Below, in pieces: positions 25,144 to 34,552 of a stretch of 64,000 nt of DNA (its first letter is position 1; every line of letters starts with the position of its first letter). The notes under the pieces were generated by a model that saw only the letters and a program-made list of their open reading frames with translations, was not told where the DNA came from and searched no databases. The stretch is from positions 372,001 to 436,000 of the IMG/VR virus record IMGVR_UViG_3300023179_000009; one strand, given 5' to 3'. Made by a program: the position numbers and the translations under genes.

Positions 25144-26700
25144 ATGGCTTATGAAAATTGTCCTTTTGATGTAACCCCTTATGATCAATCTAACTTGGTT
25201 AAAGTTCCCAATCTTGTAAACTTGAATTATACAAATCAAGATTTTTGGTCAATGAAATCCAGACTGGTTTCTTTCATAAAAGAAAAGTTTGCTGATTCTT
25301 TTAATGACTTTGTAGAGTCAGACTTGGCCATTATGCTCATTGAAAATTGGGCTTTTATTGCTGATACCCTGAGTTTTAAGATGGATCAAATAGCGAATGA
25401 AATATTTATAGACACGGTGAGCGAGGTTGATAACGCCTTTCGTTTAAGTTTGTTGGTGGGATTTAAACCTCAGCCGCCGATAGGATCAAGATCCTTATGG
25501 TCTGCAACAATAAATAATGTTCTAGAGACAGACCTGGACATACCAACCCCGTTGCAGATTCCTTTTAACTCAGAACAGGGTCAAAGATATATTGAGCTTT
25601 TTGCAGCAGATGAGAACAACCAACCTATTTTTGGCCAAAACATTTACATACAAGCAGGTTCTTTTTTGACAACAGCCATAGTAGGTGTCGAAGGTCAAAC
25701 TTTTGAGCAAAATGCAAGAGGAACCGGTGAGTCAAATCAATTTATTAGTTTGCCACAAGGCCCAGTTCTTTCAAATTCCATAAAGGTATCGGTGGATGGC
25801 AATGAGTGGACACAGGTCGAGTATTTTTCAGAGTCTCAACCCAAAAAAGAATTTAGAGTTGAGTATAACACAATTTACAACGCTTTTATAATTTTTGGAA
25901 ACAATCGTGCTGGACAAATACCTTCTTTGAACGCAGATATTCGTGTTTCGTATCGAGTGGGAGGTGGTGTAGTTGGAAATATAGTCACTGGGTCGGTTGA
26001 GGTTCAAAAAAATTATATTGTTCCAGGTTTTGATTTTAGAGTTCCTGTGACTTTTAGAAATTACACCAAAGGTGAATTTGGTTATGCTGGTGATGGAATC
26101 GATGATATAAAAAGAAAATTACCACACTGGCTTAGGACACAAAATAGGGTTGTGTCCGGTGACGATATTGAAGCTTTTGCAAATCAGTTTTCAACTGACT
26201 ATAATGGACAGATTGGAAAAGCCAAAGCAGTTTTGAGAAATTATGGGTGTGCCGCAAATGTGATTGATCTTTATATTTTAGCAAGACAAGATCAAGACAA
26301 TCTTGTGATCTCAGATAATGGTTTAAAAGTTGAATTGCTAGAATCTTTAGATAATAAAAAAATGATGACGGACCTTATTTGTATCAAAGATGGATCTATT
26401 ATAGAAGTTGATGTTGCGATTGACATAACTATGGATAAATTTTATAGAAAATTTGAAGAAGAATTTTTAGAAAAAATAAATCGTCGTGTTAATAATTTTT
26501 TTCTTTTAAATAATTGGGATTATGGAAAGACTCTAAACGCTGTTGATCTGATTAAAACCACCTCGGATGTTCCTGAAATAAGACAGGTTGAGGTAAATTT
26601 AAATACTTCAAATGAATCTAACTCAGGTCTTGTTGTTACAACAAAATTTTATGAAATTATAAGACCAGCCAATATAGAAATCAACTTTATTTACGAATAA
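25144..26700 (+). CDS. baseplate wedge protein (gp6/baseplate J-like)
   Basis: YTNQDFWSMK, FNDFVESD, FGNNRAGQIP, YRVGGG..GN, RTQNRVVS.DD. Confidence 0.88.
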   Translation: MAYENCPFDVTPYDQSNLVKVPNLVNLNYTNQDFWSMKSRLVSFIKEKFADSFNDFVESDLAIMLIENWAFIADTLSFKMDQIANEIFIDTVSEVDNAFRLSLLVGFKPQPPIGSRSLWSATINNVLETDLDIPTPLQIPFNSEQGQRYIELFAADENNQPIFGQNIYIQAGSFLTTAIVGVEGQTFEQNARGTGESNQFISLPQGPVLSNSIKVSVDGNEWTQVEYFSESQPKKEFRVEYNTIYNAFIIFGNNRAGQIPSLNADIRVSYRVGGGVVGNIVTGSVEVQKNYIVPGFDFRVPVTFRNYTKGEFGYAGDGIDDIKRKLPHWLRTQNRVVSGDDIEAFANQFSTDYNGQIGKAKAVLRNYGCAANVIDLYILARQDQDNLVISDNGLKVELLESLDNKKMMTDLICIKDGSIIEVDVAIDITMDKFYRKFEEEFLEKINRRVNNFFLLNNWDYGKTLNAVDLIKTTSDVPEIRQVEVNLNTSNESNSGLVVTTKFYEIIRPANIEINFIYE

Positions 26701-26709
26701 CGGACCAAA

Positions 26710-29700
26710 ATGGCACTAAAAAAAATAAATGAAAATCCAAAAATAACCGACGTTATTCTAATTGAGATCGAAACACCTGGAGTTGACGGGTGTTTTACAA
26801 ATAACCCTTATAAAGTGGATAATTTGACAATTTATTATGTTGAACGTGATTTCATGGGAGATAATTTTGGGGAATACTCCTCAGAGGTTGTTGATGATAA
26901 TTTAAAAGTTAAGTTAAAAAAAGCCGAAGAGGAATTTTGCGGGAACCCTAATTTAGATAATCTAAATAAATTAGAAAAAATAAAAACGGAGATCTACTCC
27001 GCCACACAAAGAAATACTTTTTATTACAAAGACCGATCAATTGTAAAGCAAGTTGGTTCGCCATCTTTCCCAGCTTGGTTGTCAACTGACACCGATAATG
27101 CTTATTTGCAATTAAAAGAAAATCAATATGGAAGTTTTTATTACGAATGGGATCCAAAAGGTCACGCAAGAGAAGGCGACTATTTTATTTGTTGGACTTG
27201 GACCCCAATTCCAGATGGAGAAAAGTTATCTGCTCATTTGCATTTTTTTGTTGAAGGTGATGGAGCAGCCGTTTCCGCCACTCCTGCACACGTAACGCCA
27301 AAAGATAAATATGAAACTTTATTGGAACGCTATCTTCCAGAAGTCTACAAATACACTCTTTCAAATAACGATATAACCCCCCAAGTAACAGAAAGACTCA
27401 ATCAGTCTGTTGCTAAAGGTTTTACTTTTTTGGAGGATATGGCAAATCAATTAATAGATTTATTCGATGCCAATGCCCTGCACGAATCTTTATTAAATTA
27501 TCTTTCCAATCTTTTCGCAATCAAACTGAGGTCGAGTGATCCAACTTTGTGGAGAAGACAAATAAAAGAAGCAATCCCTTTATTCAAAAAAAAGGGAACT
27601 TTAGACGGTTTAAAACAAGCTTTTACACAATCCGGGATGGTTTTAAATTCGTATGTTCAATATTGGCAAATTACCTCTCCGTATACATGGATTCAAGTTT
27701 TTAAGGTAAAAGACAGTGTAAGTTTTATTTTAGAAAAAGATAATATCGTATCATTTAATAGTCAAAATTTTAAGTTATGGTTAAAAAGAGAAGGGCAAGA
27801 ATACACGGAAGTTTCCTTTGATAATGTATCGTTTAGTTCTGGAGAAGACGGTTTAATTCGAATGACATGGGTTGGGGATCAGTTGTCCACAAACAGGCTG
27901 GATTTATATGAAAATGATAAAATTAAATTGCAATATCAATATCATCCAATAAATTCTAATAATGAACAAAATATAGAAAATTATATACAAATGCTCCCTT
28001 TGATGGATCAAAGAAACGAAGACGATCAGGATTATCCTCCCAAAAATTGGAACGTTAAACTAATTGCCGAAGACGATCCGATGTTCTCGGTTTTAATTCC
28101 TGTTAGGCATCCATTTGCTGACCCTCTCCAATTCGGTTGGGTCAGAACTGAATTTGCTTACTCTGAAAATGTTTATAACGCAGAAGAGTATAATGGTTCC
28201 ACTAGACCTTCTTTTGATGCTTGTCGTATAGATAAAGAATTTATAGATCCATGCAGGGCTTGTTTAAGTAGTTCGTATAGTTTGGATGTCGGCATTGAAG
28301 AACTCTCCAATGACAGAATTTTAGAAGCACAAGATATACTTCGAGAATATGTTCCTTTTCACGCTCAACTATACTCAATTGGATTTACAGGAGAGGTAAA
28401 TGAATTTGTTCAATCGCCAGTTGAGAAGATAGAAACATTGGTTACATTAGATTATTCTCAATTTATTTTATCCGGGAACTCAAACCCATTTTTTACTAGA
28501 AATTTAGAAAAAGGATCAAGCAATTATTTTATTACAAGAGAAGACCTTACCGATCAAGTCACAGTTTTGTCTGGTAAGATTGGCGTGGCTTATAATGATC
28601 ATATAAAAATAATAATCCCCGATTACAATCTTAAAAGTTTAGGGTTAAATGTCCAAAATCATATTTTGGAAGTATTATCCCCATCCGTTAATGTTGGGAC
28701 ATATACTATTGATGAAATAGAGGGAAACACAGCAAAAGTTACATCTTATGTTAACGAACCCCTAGATAAAACAGCCTTTACTTTTAATTTGTCAAATATT
28801 ATTTACGGAAACACAAACTCTTCAATATTTCAAAGAGATTTAGTAAAATTAAATGATTTAAAGAATGATATAATAAAATATTCAATAAAGACTGTTTGGC
28901 ATAGGGAATTTGATGATTATGAAGGAGAAGTTTATAAAATTTTAATTCCTTCGTATTCAAACGTAGCTTTTGATATAGAACAAATTTTGGACGGAAACAT
29001 TATTATCAAAAATGATAGTTTTGTTTTCTCTAATGCAACAAACGTAAATTATTCTATAATTGATGATTCGGGAGAAGTGATACTCAATAGTAATTTTGGC
29101 AATTTATTTGTAGAAAAAAGAGGTCTAGTAAACTTTAACGATTCTGCAATTTTGAATATAAATGATTTTGTAAAAATTGGCGATTTTTTATATTACAATC
29201 AACAAGAGTTCATCATATCTGAAATATCCGACAACAGTTTTTATATTAAAAATTATTTAAGTGGCGATGCAGTAGGAGTTTCTGTACACAATAGAAGAAG
29301 GTTAATTGTTAACGGAGTTGGTTTTTTTGGCTATAAAGGACTTAATTTAAAAACTCAATTTGATCATGAATCAGAGTTTGAGATGATGAATGGCAAAAAC
29401 AGGCCGATTGACGAAAACGAAATCTTACAAGAAAATTCATTTATTCAAAATTTTATGTTTAAAATTGGAGAAGAATTTTATAAAATTACCTCTATTAATA
29501 AAACAGATGTGGTTTTAAATGGTCGAGAACAAGACTGGACTACTTTGAATTTTGGCGGAGAACCAGTGGATTATTCTATAATTAAGTTTCCTAAAAAACA
29601 AATAAACGTAGGATTTACTGTGTTTAGTGGCCTAGATAGAAGTGGATATGACCCTGTAATTCGTGAAATCGAATCTGAAATAGATCAGAACACGGCTACT

Positions 29701-29814
29701 GTTGCTTTGAGCATGCCAAAAAGTAGCGGTTTTCAAGAAAGTGTTTCAAACGGAGAAAATATTTTGGTTACAATTGAGTCTAAAAACGGCGAAAAAATAG
29801 AAGGTGAATTATGA
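26710..29814 (+). CDS. baseplate/tail protein (gp7/P2 gpI-like domain)
   Basis: LLNYLSNLF...RRQIKEAIPLFKKKGTLDGLK motif; YVPFH; follows gp6. Confidence 0.7.
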   Translation: MALKKINENPKITDVILIEIETPGVDGCFTNNPYKVDNLTIYYVERDFMGDNFGEYSSEVVDDNLKVKLKKAEEEFCGNPNLDNLNKLEKIKTEIYSATQRNTFYYKDRSIVKQVGSPSFPAWLSTDTDNAYLQLKENQYGSFYYEWDPKGHAREGDYFICWTWTPIPDGEKLSAHLHFFVEGDGAAVSATPAHVTPKDKYETLLERYLPEVYKYTLSNNDITPQVTERLNQSVAKGFTFLEDMANQLIDLFDANALHESLLNYLSNLFAIKLRSSDPTLWRRQIKEAIPLFKKKGTLDGLKQAFTQSGMVLNSYVQYWQITSPYTWIQVFKVKDSVSFILEKDNIVSFNSQNFKLWLKREGQEYTEVSFDNVSFSSGEDGLIRMTWVGDQLSTNRLDLYENDKIKLQYQYHPINSNNEQNIENYIQMLPLMDQRNEDDQDYPPKNWNVKLIAEDDPMFSVLIPVRHPFADPLQFGWVRTEFAYSENVYNAEEYNGSTRPSFDACRIDKEFIDPCRACLSSSYSLDVGIEELSNDRILEAQDILREYVPFHAQLYSIGFTGEVNEFVQSPVEKIETLVTLDYSQFILSGNSNPFFTRNLEKGSSNYFITREDLTDQVTVLSGKIGVAYNDHIKIIIPDYNLKSLGLNVQNHILEVLSPSVNVGTYTIDEIEGNTAKVTSYVNEPLDKTAFTFNLSNIIYGNTNSSIFQRDLVKLNDLKNDIIKYSIKTVWHREFDDYEGEVYKILIPSYSNVAFDIEQILDGNIIIKNDSFVFSNATNVNYSIIDDSGEVILNSNFGNLFVEKRGLVNFNDSAILNINDFVKIGDFLYYNQQEFIISEISDNSFYIKNYLSGDAVGVSVHNRRRLIVNGVGFFGYKGLNLKTQFDHESEFEMMNGKNRPIDENEILQENSFIQNFMFKIGEEFYKITSINKTDVVLNGREQDWTTLNFGGEPVDYSIIKFPKKQINVGFTVFSGLDRSGYDPVIREIESEIDQNTATVALSMPKSSGFQESVSNGENILVTIESKNGEKIEGEL

Positions 29815-30284
29815 TTTCTGACAGTATGCAACCAATTGGGGATGTTGAGATTATTTTAGAGTGTCGAAGCGGCACCTCTGAGATTAAAAATTTTAAAAAC
29901 ACCGTTTTACTGGGTGGGAGAAGGGCTTTAGCTAAATGTTTAGCGAATCAAATAGGTGATAAATTTCAATTTAATATAGTTAATATGGTTTTTGGAGATG
30001 GGGGAACAAATAACGGTGTTAAAAAATTTGTAAATGCTGGAAGAGAAGGTTTGTTTGGCATCACAAGATTATCAAAACCAGCGTTATCGAATTTAGATAA
30101 TTCTATACCCGCTCAAGTGATATTCACATCTGTAATAAAATTCGATGAAGTAGTTGGGGTTACTTTAAACGAAATGGCTTTACAAATGGCGAATGGTCAA
30201 TTATATAGTATGGTTACATTCCCTGATTTAAATAAAACAGAGGATATGCAGCTTACATTCAACTGGAGAATTAATTTTGTTTAA
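29811..30284 (+). CDS. baseplate/tail-collar fibre-attachment protein
   Basis: KNTVLLGGRRALA, MVFGDGG, LNEMAL, F..LNKT...TFNWRINF pattern; position in the baseplate operon. Confidence 0.6.
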   Translation: MISDSMQPIGDVEIILECRSGTSEIKNFKNTVLLGGRRALAKCLANQIGDKFQFNIVNMVFGDGGTNNGVKKFVNAGREGLFGITRLSKPALSNLDNSIPAQVIFTSVIKFDEVVGVTLNEMALQMANGQLYSMVTFPDLNKTEDMQLTFNWRINFV

Positions 30285-30307
30285 ACAACAATAAAGAAGG
30301 TTTTGCA

Positions 30308-31090
30308 ATGCCAAGAATCGAACTTATACCCGAAGTTTTATACGGCCCAATGGATCCAATTCATTGGGAAATAGACAATTTGCCACTTAAAGCAATTCTA
30401 AGAAGGCAAAATTTAATCAATCTAGCTTTAGATAACGTCATTGCACAAATTCGTGACGCAATAGGAACACAAGGGAGTTTGTCGAATCGTTTAAATCAAT
30501 CAATAAATCCAGATGGTAGTTTAAAAACTGAATCTATTAATGAAACTCTCCACAGTATTGAAGATCACCAAGACACAGATCTTTATGTAAGGATGACTCG
30601 TGAAGAATCAGAGAAGTTGGCAAATATTGCCGATGAGGCAAAAAACGTTAGTTTTGAAATTTTTACTAACGAATCTTCTTTTGTTGGTTTTTCGGAAGGG
30701 GTTCTAAAAATAAAACCATCAAGCACCCTAATTCCTAGTTTTGAAGCCCCCGATGTAGTGAAATTCAATCTTAACTTCCCAGCATCCTCCGCTCATCAAC
30801 ATTATTATGGTTTAGTGCCTGTCCATGAGGATATTGTAAATCCAAATCACAAGAACTATAGAGTTGTTAGTGCGAATACTAATTTTATTGAGGGTTCGTT
30901 GCGTGTTTACATAAATGGAGTTAGAATTTTTGAAGATGATGAGGTCTATGTGCCGGGAGCGATGTTAGAAGACGCATGGACGTTACTATCGTTTACTTCA
31001 AATTCATCCGATGGTTCATTCGAACTGTCTTCTGCTATAACCGAAGATGATATTATAAGAATTGATTTTGATATATCTTTGGTTGAATAA
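30308..31090 (+). CDS. putative virion structural protein
   Basis: DNLPL..ILRR N-terminus; SLRVYINGVR...DDIIRIDF beta-domain seen in phage tail proteins. Confidence 0.55.
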   Translation: MPRIELIPEVLYGPMDPIHWEIDNLPLKAILRRQNLINLALDNVIAQIRDAIGTQGSLSNRLNQSINPDGSLKTESINETLHSIEDHQDTDLYVRMTREESEKLANIADEAKNVSFEIFTNESSFVGFSEGVLKIKPSSTLIPSFEAPDVVKFNLNFPASSAHQHYYGLVPVHEDIVNPNHKNYRVVSANTNFIEGSLRVYINGVRIFEDDEVYVPGAMLEDAWTLLSFTSNSSDGSFELSSAITEDDIIRIDFDISLVE

Positions 31091-31114
31091 TTTTGAAAAT
31101 ATAGAAAGACCATA

Positions 31115-31648
31115 ATGGAAGTATGTTTCTTGATTCTGAATCCTGATGGGAATTACATCGGTTTAAAGAATACAATTGGATCAATTAAATTAAGAAGTTT
31201 TAATAGAGATTATATTTGTGCTGTTGGCCAAAACACGGGTTCTAAAGAATTAAAAGAAATGAAGGAATTGTGTCCAACATTTAAAGGCAAAAATACAATA
31301 ACAAGTTTAATAAATACTGGTTTTAAAAAAATTAAAAAAGGATGGGTTTGTATTGTTTTTAGCGGAAGTAGAATTCCGGCTGGCATAGAAAAAAAATGGA
31401 GTCTTTTTTGTAAGAATGAAAACGATGTCTTGTATCCAATAGTTGAAAAAAAGTATAATTTTGTAGAAGGCTCTTTTAATGGGGTTTTAATCAACACCGA
31501 TTTTTTTAATAAATGCGGAGACTTTCCTGATCATGTTATGCAAAAACAAGGTTTAAATGATTTTGAGTTTGCAAAACTTTTGTGGTCTTTTGATGCCTTG
31601 AAAAATGGCGCTTGTTTTAAAGGAATTATTGGTATGAAGGTGATATAA
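31115..31648 (+). CDS. GT2-like fold protein, possibly degenerate
   Basis: SLINTGF...GWVCIVFSG, NGVLINTDFFNKCGDF pattern of GT-A enzymes, but no DxD. Confidence 0.4.
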   Translation: MEVCFLILNPDGNYIGLKNTIGSIKLRSFNRDYICAVGQNTGSKELKEMKELCPTFKGKNTITSLINTGFKKIKKGWVCIVFSGSRIPAGIEKKWSLFCKNENDVLYPIVEKKYNFVEGSFNGVLINTDFFNKCGDFPDHVMQKQGLNDFEFAKLLWSFDALKNGACFKGIIGMKVI

Positions 31649-31650
31649 AG

Positions 31651-32154
31651 ATGTTAGAACATAGCGGCTGGACAATAACATTAAGAAAAGAAAATGAGGA
31701 AGATACACTACTTCAGTCACCTGTTAGATCTTTTTCTTTGACTCGTGAAAACGATGATTATTCTCAAATCGCAAGCAATATAGAGGTTACGATTGATAAT
31801 TGTAACCTCTTGTTAAACGAAGGCACCTCTATGTTGGGTCAAAAATTTGACATAACCATGATTTGTGAGCCTTATGAAGGGTCTAAAAAAAATATTTTAG
31901 ACGCAACTCTTATTAGTTTGACTCACAAATTGGAAGGAACAAACATGCATGTTGTCGCAAATTGGAGTTATCTTGAAGATGAGTCTTTCCCACAAACTGT
32001 TAATGTTGATACAAGACAGATTTGGGAAGTAGCTGATTATTATACGTCTATTTCAAACTATAATATTGGTATTCAAGCGGTGTACAATGAGGGATTTATT
32101 AATTTAAACTTAGACCGGGATCAAAAAGTGAATTGGAGTCTGTTAGGGTTTTGA
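31651..32154 (+). CDS. hypothetical protein
   Basis: 167-aa ORF at the end of the operon. Confidence 0.6.
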   Translation: MLEHSGWTITLRKENEEDTLLQSPVRSFSLTRENDDYSQIASNIEVTIDNCNLLLNEGTSMLGQKFDITMICEPYEGSKKNILDATLISLTHKLEGTNMHVVANWSYLEDESFPQTVNVDTRQIWEVADYYTSISNYNIGIQAVYNEGFINLNLDRDQKVNWSLLGF

Positions 32155-32744
32155 AGTCTAATATGTTCAAGGTATTTTCTAATCAAAACCCATTTATTTG
32201 ACATTTTAACTTCACCAGAGTCTATTTTTAACAACTCTTCAACAACTTCTTCCAGGCTTCCAAAAACATTGCAGCGAGTTTGTTTTTGAGAGTCTTCTAA
32301 ATCCACAACATCATAAAGCCATCTAGGTAATTTTGATAAACCCCCATCGCACACAAAAAAACAAGGCTTGTGTTGCTGCTCTGCAAGAAAAACTTCGTTA
32401 TAAGTTCCGCACAAATGAATGTTGGGGTCTATAACAACCACAAGAAAGTCGGAAAGGTCCACAAATCTTAGGTCAAATCTTCTATATTTTGAAACATAAT
32501 CTCTTAGTTCTAAATATTTCCCTTCTTTTTGAAGTTTAACTTGATATTCCTTGTCTTCTCCTAATTTTATATCTTCGCCACCGGGTTTATTTGTTGGATC
32601 TATAAAATCAATATTTAAACCTTTATCCCAAATCATTTTCATAAATTGCCTACGCCAAGAAACCCCACTATCAGCAGCGTATTCCATTGCTCCCGAAAGG
32701 TAACAACAAGCCTGATCGAGTTTTCCCCTAGAAAGTTCATTCAT
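32121..32744 (-). CDS. nucleoside 2-deoxyribosyltransferase-like protein
   Basis: YLSGAM, WR, IDPT, DLRFVDLSD, GTYNEV motifs. Confidence 0.75.
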   Translation of the reverse strand: MNELSRGKLDQACCYLSGAMEYAADSGVSWRRQFMKMIWDKGLNIDFIDPTNKPGGEDIKLGEDKEYQVKLQKEGKYLELRDYVSKYRRFDLRFVDLSDFLVVVIDPNIHLCGTYNEVFLAEQQHKPCFFVCDGGLSKLPRWLYDVVDLEDSQKQTRCNVFGSLEEVVEELLKIDSGEVKMSNKWVLIRKYLEHIRLQNPNRLQFTF

Positions 32745-32802
32745 TTTTCAAAAACTCCTTTACTAATTTAAAGTTGTAACAATCTCTCAAATCGGAGGAT
32801 AA

Positions 32803-33513
32803 ATGTCAATAGAATTATTAGAAAAAACAAATGATTTGTTGGAAAAAGTAAAAATACCGGACAGACACACGTATTTTCAGATAGAAAAATTTATAATTGG
32901 CAAAGAGCCAACGGCACAATCTCAATTATGGGCCATTCTAAAAGAGTTGCAGTCAAGGAAAGAAACCGTCGAACAATTTCACAAAGATCTTAAGGACGCC
33001 GAGGACAACCTGGAATTATTTGATATTAAAATAGAAAGATTAAATAGGTTGATAAAAAACGAATCTTCTTCTTCAAATGTGGAGGAATCAGGGCTAAATA
33101 TTAAAGAATACGAAATAAATATAAGAAAGTTATTAAGAGAAAAAGAAAGTTTAATAAAATCTGCACAAAAACTAAACAAAAAATTAAAAGGTGTTTTGGA
33201 GGAAATGAATTGTTTATTAATTGGATATGAAAAAATTACATCAAAATATGAAGAATTAAAGGATTTAGATGACGAACAATCGCAAAAAGAAATGTGGAAT
33301 GAAAAATTGTTAGAAGAATTTAATTTAAGGTTAATACTTCAAAGACCCCTAGACCCAGATTTTGTTAGAACAGTATTGTCTCTTCACGACGAATCTACTG
33401 CAAAAAAACAAGTCGTAACTTTAATTGAAAATATTCAAAAAAAAATGATTGCTGATAGGAGTCCAAACCAACAACCTCAAGTTGAAAGCAAGCCAAAGAT
33501 CATGGCTAATTAA
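32803..33513 (+). CDS. coiled-coil hypothetical protein
   Basis: GGAGG RBS; RHTYFQIEKFIIG then long heptad repeats. Confidence 0.7.
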   Translation: MSIELLEKTNDLLEKVKIPDRHTYFQIEKFIIGKEPTAQSQLWAILKELQSRKETVEQFHKDLKDAEDNLELFDIKIERLNRLIKNESSSSNVEESGLNIKEYEINIRKLLREKESLIKSAQKLNKKLKGVLEEMNCLLIGYEKITSKYEELKDLDDEQSQKEMWNEKLLEEFNLRLILQRPLDPDFVRTVLSLHDESTAKKQVVTLIENIQKKMIADRSPNQQPQVESKPKIMAN

Positions 33514-33517
33514 AATT

Positions 33518-34540
33518 ATGGCAAAAATATCAAGTTTAGATGCGGGTTACACCACAGGGATGCTGTCTGTTTTTCCTGAGGCTTTAGATGATTTTGAATC
33601 ACTATACAGGGCCACAAATAATACCAAGATTGCTTTAAAGCAAACTTTGAATTTTAACTCTCCAAGAATTATAGTAGAGGACACAAGTGCTTTTCCTCCA
33701 AATGGAATAGTTAGAGTAGGTCCGGATGTTGGGACTTATGGCGAATATGAAATGATTTTTTATGAATACAAAACGCCTTATACTTTCGAAAAATTAAGTC
33801 GAGGCTTTGCTGGTTCAAGACAAAGAAAATGGTCCACTCAAGGAAATTATGTCACCAACTCTGTCGTGGCCGAACACCACAATGCTATAAAAGACGCTTT
33901 AATTAATATGCAAGTTAATTGTGGTTTGAAAGAATTTCCAGAGCCTGAATCTTTGAATGGAATTTTGAAATATCAAGAAACTAGATTTCTTGCTCCCAAG
34001 CCTTTGTTTCGTGCGTTTCCCATTAAAGGCCCGCCTCCCTTGAAAGTAAGATTTCAAAATTTCTCCACTGGTTGGATCGCACGATATCTTTGGGATTTTG
34101 GCGACGGATCTAATTCGTTAGAGAAAAGCCCTGTTCACGTTTACTTGAACGAGGGTATTTATAATGTAAAACTAAATGTAATAACTTCTAGTGGCGCTCA
34201 AGGCGTTGCTTCAAAAATAGGATACATAGAAGTCAATGCAGACGAGTCCATCCCGTATTTTTATGTTGATTCTATCGATAATCCTTACTCTCAAAAATAC
34301 GCAACAGAGAGGGGTCTGCAACCAAAAGAATTTATTTTTGTGGATCAGTCAGACGGGGATATAGTTCAAAGGAATTGGATTTTTGGAGATGGAACAAATT
34401 TTGCCCAGCAAGACCCGAACATACACGAAGTAAAGCACATTTATGCAAATCCTGGAGAATATGTAGTCACACAGTTAATTCAGTTTGCTAACGGTAGGAT
34501 TAAGCGTGTTGAACTACCGGAAACTTTGATAGTTTTATAA
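33518..34540 (+). CDS. PKD-domain virion/fibre protein 1
   Basis: two PKD domains (YLWDFGDG..SPVHVY...GIYNVKL; WIFGDG..HIYANPGEY); N-terminal AEHHN module. Confidence 0.8.
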   Translation: MAKISSLDAGYTTGMLSVFPEALDDFESLYRATNNTKIALKQTLNFNSPRIIVEDTSAFPPNGIVRVGPDVGTYGEYEMIFYEYKTPYTFEKLSRGFAGSRQRKWSTQGNYVTNSVVAEHHNAIKDALINMQVNCGLKEFPEPESLNGILKYQETRFLAPKPLFRAFPIKGPPPLKVRFQNFSTGWIARYLWDFGDGSNSLEKSPVHVYLNEGIYNVKLNVITSSGAQGVASKIGYIEVNADESIPYFYVDSIDNPYSQKYATERGLQPKEFIFVDQSDGDIVQRNWIFGDGTNFAQQDPNIHEVKHIYANPGEYVVTQLIQFANGRIKRVELPETLIVL

Positions 34541-34552
34541 GAAAAGAGATTT

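Noticed and set aside
11750-31090. eCIS, T6SS or tailocin locus
   Set aside because: Terminase, portal, primase and gp2-like genes in the same window and the uniform phage-like gene density indicate a full phage genome
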